From assembly GCA_900754475.1 (NCBI GenBank), contig CAAECY010000078.1, positions 5,801 through 69,800 on the forward strand: a DNA stretch of 64,000 nucleotides, written 5' to 3'. Numbering within the stretch: position 1 is the first letter of the stretch; every line of letters begins with the position of its first letter. This DNA comes from an uncultured Sutterella sp. Its GTDB lineage: Bacteria > Pseudomonadota > Gammaproteobacteria > Burkholderiales > Burkholderiaceae_F. The position numbers were made by a program, and so were the translations under genes. The notes beneath the pieces are model-generated. The model saw only the letters and a program-made list of their open reading frames with translations, was not told where the DNA came from and did no database searches. Shown here piece after piece: positions 60,645 to 64,000 of the stretch.

Positions 60645-60678
60645 AAAAAACGGGGACGCGAAAGCGTCCCCGTTTTTT
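60645..60678. terminator. Bidirectional intrinsic terminator
   Basis: AAAAAACGGGGACGC-GAAA-GCGTCCCCGTTTTTT. Confidence 0.88.
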
Positions 60679-60726
60679 GCTCCGGGCGCCCGTGCGGGTG
60701 CCCGAGAGCGACTTCCGAGCGCTGCC

Positions 60727-61221
60727 TCAGAGGCCGCGCACTTTTTTGAGAAGCGCGGTCGTCGAGCGTTCGTGCTCGAACGACACGGTGACGGTCTTGG
60801 CGCCCCACGTGGCGGCAAGCTTCGCCTCGGGCAGATCCTCGACGTTGTAGTCGCCCCCTTTCACGTAGATGTCGGGTCGGGCGAGTTCCACGGCCTTCAA
60901 GGGCACCTTGTCGGGAAACACCACGACGAGGTCGACCGATTCGAGCGCGGCGAGAACGGCGGCGCGGTCGGCCTCGGCGTTGATCGGGCGATCGTCCCCC
61001 TTGCCGAGCATCTTGACGGAAGCGTCGCTGTTGACGGCTACCACGAGGCTCGCGCCGAGGCTTCGGGCCTGCGCGAGGTAGGTGACGTGCCCGCGGTGCA
61101 GGATGTCGAAGACGCCGTTCGTCATCACGACGGGGTGCGGCAGGGCCGCGGCACGGGCGGCAAGCTCGCTCATGTCGCAGATCTTGGTTTCAAAGGTCGG
61201 AGCGGGAAGACGCTGGCTCAT
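60727..61221 (-). CDS. rfaE2: Heptose 1-phosphate adenylyltransferase (RfaE domain II / HldC)
   Basis: TNGVFDILHRGH, NSDASV, RPIN, VKGGDY, STT. Confidence 0.93.
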   Translation of the reverse strand: MSQRLPAPTFETKICDMSELAARAAALPHPVVMTNGVFDILHRGHVTYLAQARSLGASLVVAVNSDASVKMLGKGDDRPINAEADRAAVLAALESVDLVVVFPDKVPLKAVELARPDIYVKGGDYNVEDLPEAKLAATWGAKTVTVSFEHERSTTALLKKVRGL

Positions 61222-61802
61222 GAAAAATCCTCAACGAAGCGCTCGAACCAGGGCGAAGCGACGGCCTCGGCCAGGCTCGCGAAGGCGGCGGTCGCATCCT
61301 CCGAAGGTTCGGGTCGGACGAGGCCGTCCGTGCCGAGGAGAACGCGTTCCGGGAGACCCGCACGACGACCCGCCGTGCAGTCGCCCGGCTTGTCGCCGAA
61401 CATGACGGAGCGCTCGGGATCGAGCCCGAGCTCTTCGACGGCCTTGAGAAGCATCCCGGGTTCGGGTTTGCGGCATCCGCAGTCCGTACGGTAGGCGGGC
61501 AGGGCCTTTTCCGGATGGTGCGGGCAGAAATACACCCCCGCAAGCGGCGCGCCCGCTTCGGCAAAGCGCGCCTTCATCCACGCGGTGAGCTTCTCGAAAT
61601 CGGCCTCGGTATAGTAGCCGCGGCCGATGCCCGACTGATTGGTGACGACGACGAGCTCGAAGCCCGCATCGTGCAGACGACGCGCGGCTTCGAGGACGCC
61701 CGGAACCCAGTCGAAGTTCTCGATCTCGTGCACGTACGCATGATCGACGTTGATCACGCCGTCGCGATCGAGAAACGCGGCTCGTTTCCGGGGCGAACTC
61801 AC
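61218..61802 (-). CDS. gmhB: Heptose 1,7-bisphosphate phosphatase
   Basis: FLDRDGVIN, VTNQSGIGRG, CPHHP..C.CRKP.PGM, GDK..D. Confidence 0.94.
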   Translation of the reverse strand: MSSPRKRAAFLDRDGVINVDHAYVHEIENFDWVPGVLEAARRLHDAGFELVVVTNQSGIGRGYYTEADFEKLTAWMKARFAEAGAPLAGVYFCPHHPEKALPAYRTDCGCRKPEPGMLLKAVEELGLDPERSVMFGDKPGDCTAGRRAGLPERVLLGTDGLVRPEPSEDATAAFASLAEAVASPWFERFVEDFS

Positions 61803-62809
61803 TTGTCGGCCTCGACGTGCGGGTACGCCTTGAGGAGCTCGTGCATGTAGTCGCGCGTGCCCTCTTCAACCGAGCGGAAGGGCACGTCGCAACCCGCGGC
61901 GCGCAGCTTCGTGAGGTCGGCCTGGGTGTAGGCCTGGTACTTGCCCTTGAGCGCTTCGGGGAAGGGGATGTACTCGATTTCGCCCGCGGACACGGCCTCT
62001 TCGAGGGTGAACACGGACTTCCCGGCGGCTTCGCGAAGCGAATTGACCACGGAAAGCGCCACGTCGTTGAAGGGCTGGGCGCGGCCCGTGCCGCAGTTGT
62101 AGATGCCGGAGACGGGCTTCTCAAGGAAGTGCATGAGCACGTTCACGACGTCGTCGATGTAGACGAAGTCGCGCAGCTGGGCGCCGTTGGCGTAGCCGAG
62201 GCAGCCTTCGAAGAGCTTCACCTTGCCCGTGCGGCGGTACTGGAAGTACTGGTGGTAGGCGACGCTCGCCATGCGGCCCTTGTGCTGCTCGTGCGGGCCG
62301 TACACGTTGAAGTAGCGAAGCCCGATGACGGGGCTGCGCAGGTAGTCCATTTCGCGGCGCAGAACCTGGTCGAAGAGGTACTTCGAGTAGCCGTAGACGT
62401 TGAGCGGCCCTTCGTAGCGGACGTCTTCGACGAACTCGGTGTGCGCGCCGTAGGTGGCGGCCGAGGAGGCGTAGATGAAGGGGATGCGCAGCTCCTGCGC
62501 CCAACGGAAGAGGTCGAGCGTGTAGCGGTAGTTGTTCTCCATCATGTAGACGCCGTCCTGCTCCATCGTGTCGGAGCAGGCCCCCTGATGGAAGATCGCT
62601 TCGGGCTTCGGAGCGGTCCCGGCGCGAACGCGCGCGATGAAGTCCCGCTTGTCGAAGTAGTCCGAAATGCGGCACTTGGCGAGATTGAGGAACTTTTCGC
62701 TCTTCTCGAGGTTGTCGACGGCGATCACGTCGGTGACGCCCCGAGCGTTGAGGGCGAGAACATTGTTGCAGCCGATGAAGCCGGCCGCGCCGGTCACGAG
62801 AATGCTCAT
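61799..62809 (-). CDS. hldD: ADP-L-glycero-D-manno-heptose 6-epimerase
   Basis: VTGAAGFIG, HQGACSDT, YASSAATYG, PLNVYGYSK, HKGRMASV, YQAYTQAD. Confidence 0.96.
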   Translation of the reverse strand: MSILVTGAAGFIGCNNVLALNARGVTDVIAVDNLEKSEKFLNLAKCRISDYFDKRDFIARVRAGTAPKPEAIFHQGACSDTMEQDGVYMMENNYRYTLDLFRWAQELRIPFIYASSAATYGAHTEFVEDVRYEGPLNVYGYSKYLFDQVLRREMDYLRSPVIGLRYFNVYGPHEQHKGRMASVAYHQYFQYRRTGKVKLFEGCLGYANGAQLRDFVYIDDVVNVLMHFLEKPVSGIYNCGTGRAQPFNDVALSVVNSLREAAGKSVFTLEEAVSAGEIEYIPFPEALKGKYQAYTQADLTKLRAAGCDVPFRSVEEGTRDYMHELLKAYPHVEADK

Positions 62810-62890
62810 GGAGAAACCTTTAGGAAAAGCGGCCGGTCGCCCGAGCGCTCGGCCTGAGAAAAATTCGGAGAAGTCGGACGTGTTGCGACG

Positions 62891-63814
62891 TCAGCAAAAG
62901 AGCTCGTCGTACGTCACGGCGGCGGTGCCGAGTTTGCCGACCACGATACCACCCGCGCGATTGGCGATGGTCACGGCCTGCTCGATGCTCGTACCCGTGG
63001 CGAGCATCGCCGCGAGAACGCCGATCACCGTGTCGCCCGCCCCCGAGACGTCGAAGACTTCGCGAGCCTGAGCCGGAACGGTGAACTGCCCGTCCTTGTG
63101 GTAGAGCGTCATCCCCTCTTCGGAGCGCGTGAGAAGGAGGTACGAGAGGTCGAGCGCTTCGCGCAGTCCCTGCGCTTTGACCGTCAGGTCCGATTCGCTC
63201 GACCAGTCGCCCACGACCTGGCGAAGTTCGGCGCGGTTCGGCGTGATGACGGTCGCGCCCGCATAGCGGTCGTAGTTCGACCCCTTGGGGTCGACGAGGA
63301 TGGGGATCGAGCGCTTGCGAGCGGCCTCGATCATGGCGCGGATGTGCGAGAGGCCGCCCTTGCCGTAGTCGGAGAGAACGAGCGCGTCGGTCTCGCCGAG
63401 CAGGGTTTCGAAAAGACCGAGATGCGCGAGGAGCGCTTCCTTCGCGGGCTCGGCCTCGAAGTCGCAGCGCACCATCTGCTGCTGACGCGCGACGATGCGC
63501 AGCTTGACGGTCGTGCGCAGGGTCGGGTCGAATTCGAGCTTGGGATTGATCCCTTCGTCCTTGAGCAGGGACTCGATCGTCAGGCCCGCTTCGTCGCGGC
63601 CGACCACCGACAACAAGGTCGAGGTCGCCCCGATTCGGGCGATGTTGCGGGCCACGTTGGCCGCGCCGCCGAGTCGCTCTTCGGTGCGCACGACGCGCAC
63701 GACGGGCACGGGCGCTTCGGGCGAAATGCGCTCGGCGTCGCCGAACCAGTACCGGTCGAGCATGGCGTCGCCCGTGACGAGAATGCGGGCCTTCTGAAGC
63801 GTTTCTTTGTTCAT
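62891..63814 (-). CDS. rfaE1: Heptose 7-phosphate kinase (RfaE domain I / HldA)
   Basis: GDAMLDRYW, RISPEAPVPV, GGAANVA, SDYGKG, DVSGAGDTV, VGKLGTA. Confidence 0.95.
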   Translation of the reverse strand: MNKETLQKARILVTGDAMLDRYWFGDAERISPEAPVPVVRVVRTEERLGGAANVARNIARIGATSTLLSVVGRDEAGLTIESLLKDEGINPKLEFDPTLRTTVKLRIVARQQQMVRCDFEAEPAKEALLAHLGLFETLLGETDALVLSDYGKGGLSHIRAMIEAARKRSIPILVDPKGSNYDRYAGATVITPNRAELRQVVGDWSSESDLTVKAQGLREALDLSYLLLTRSEEGMTLYHKDGQFTVPAQAREVFDVSGAGDTVIGVLAAMLATGTSIEQAVTIANRAGGIVVGKLGTAAVTYDELFC

Positions 63815-64000
63815 ATGTCTGTCGAATGCGGGATCCGGGCGGATCCGGAAATGTCGGCCTCGATTTTACCAAGGGGCCGTACGGCGGGGCGATTCGCGGC
63901 GCGAGAGCGGGCGCTGCGGGGTCCGCGAAGCCCGCTCTCGGTAAAATAACAAGATTGGCCCTTCGGGGGCCCTATCAACAGAACGAGATAAGGAACAGAC

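Noticed and set aside
63933..63947. CGCTCTCGGTA(A/C)AAT shared with the uvrA upstream region (48409-48423)
   Set aside because: Largely explained by a -10 hexamer plus GC-rich context; two instances are not enough to call an operator.

Overview
GC-rich core-chromosome segment of a betaproteobacterium. Gene content and order suggest Burkholderiales, possibly Sutterellaceae (inference). It holds about 60 CDSs and one tRNA-Gln(TTG). In coordinate order: ftsY/rsmD/coaD, asmA-like, ahpC, an XRE regulator, ychF-pth-deaD-rplY-prs-tRNA-ispE-lolB-TPR, mutY, rapZ-ptsN-rpoN-lptBAC-kdsCD, a gltIJKL-type ABC importer, a crotonase-fold gene with a Pat-type acetyltransferase, mtnA-aldolase, an orphan P4-like primase, aspS-DUF502-fmdB, an EF-G paralogue, a two-component system facing a MacAB-TolC-type pump, ssb-MFS-uvrA, rmlD-like, galE, a patatin-POTRA-barrel protein, two DUF2721-like genes, yeaK, ruvX, an acyltransferase, apaH, galU and an ADP-heptose cluster. 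I saw no CRISPR array, IS element, integrase or rRNA. Most notable: (1) peptidyl-tRNA hydrolase fused in frame to a DUF523/TudS-like Fe-S desulfidase domain; (2) a solitary phage/plasmid-type primase flanked by an in-frame uORF and a candidate convergent ~100-nt RNA with alternative hairpins; (3) a crotonase lacking catalytic glutamates next to a protein acetyltransferase; (4) a complete sigma54/NtrC/IHF promoter upstream of gltI. All family calls are by-eye motif recognition; no searches were run.
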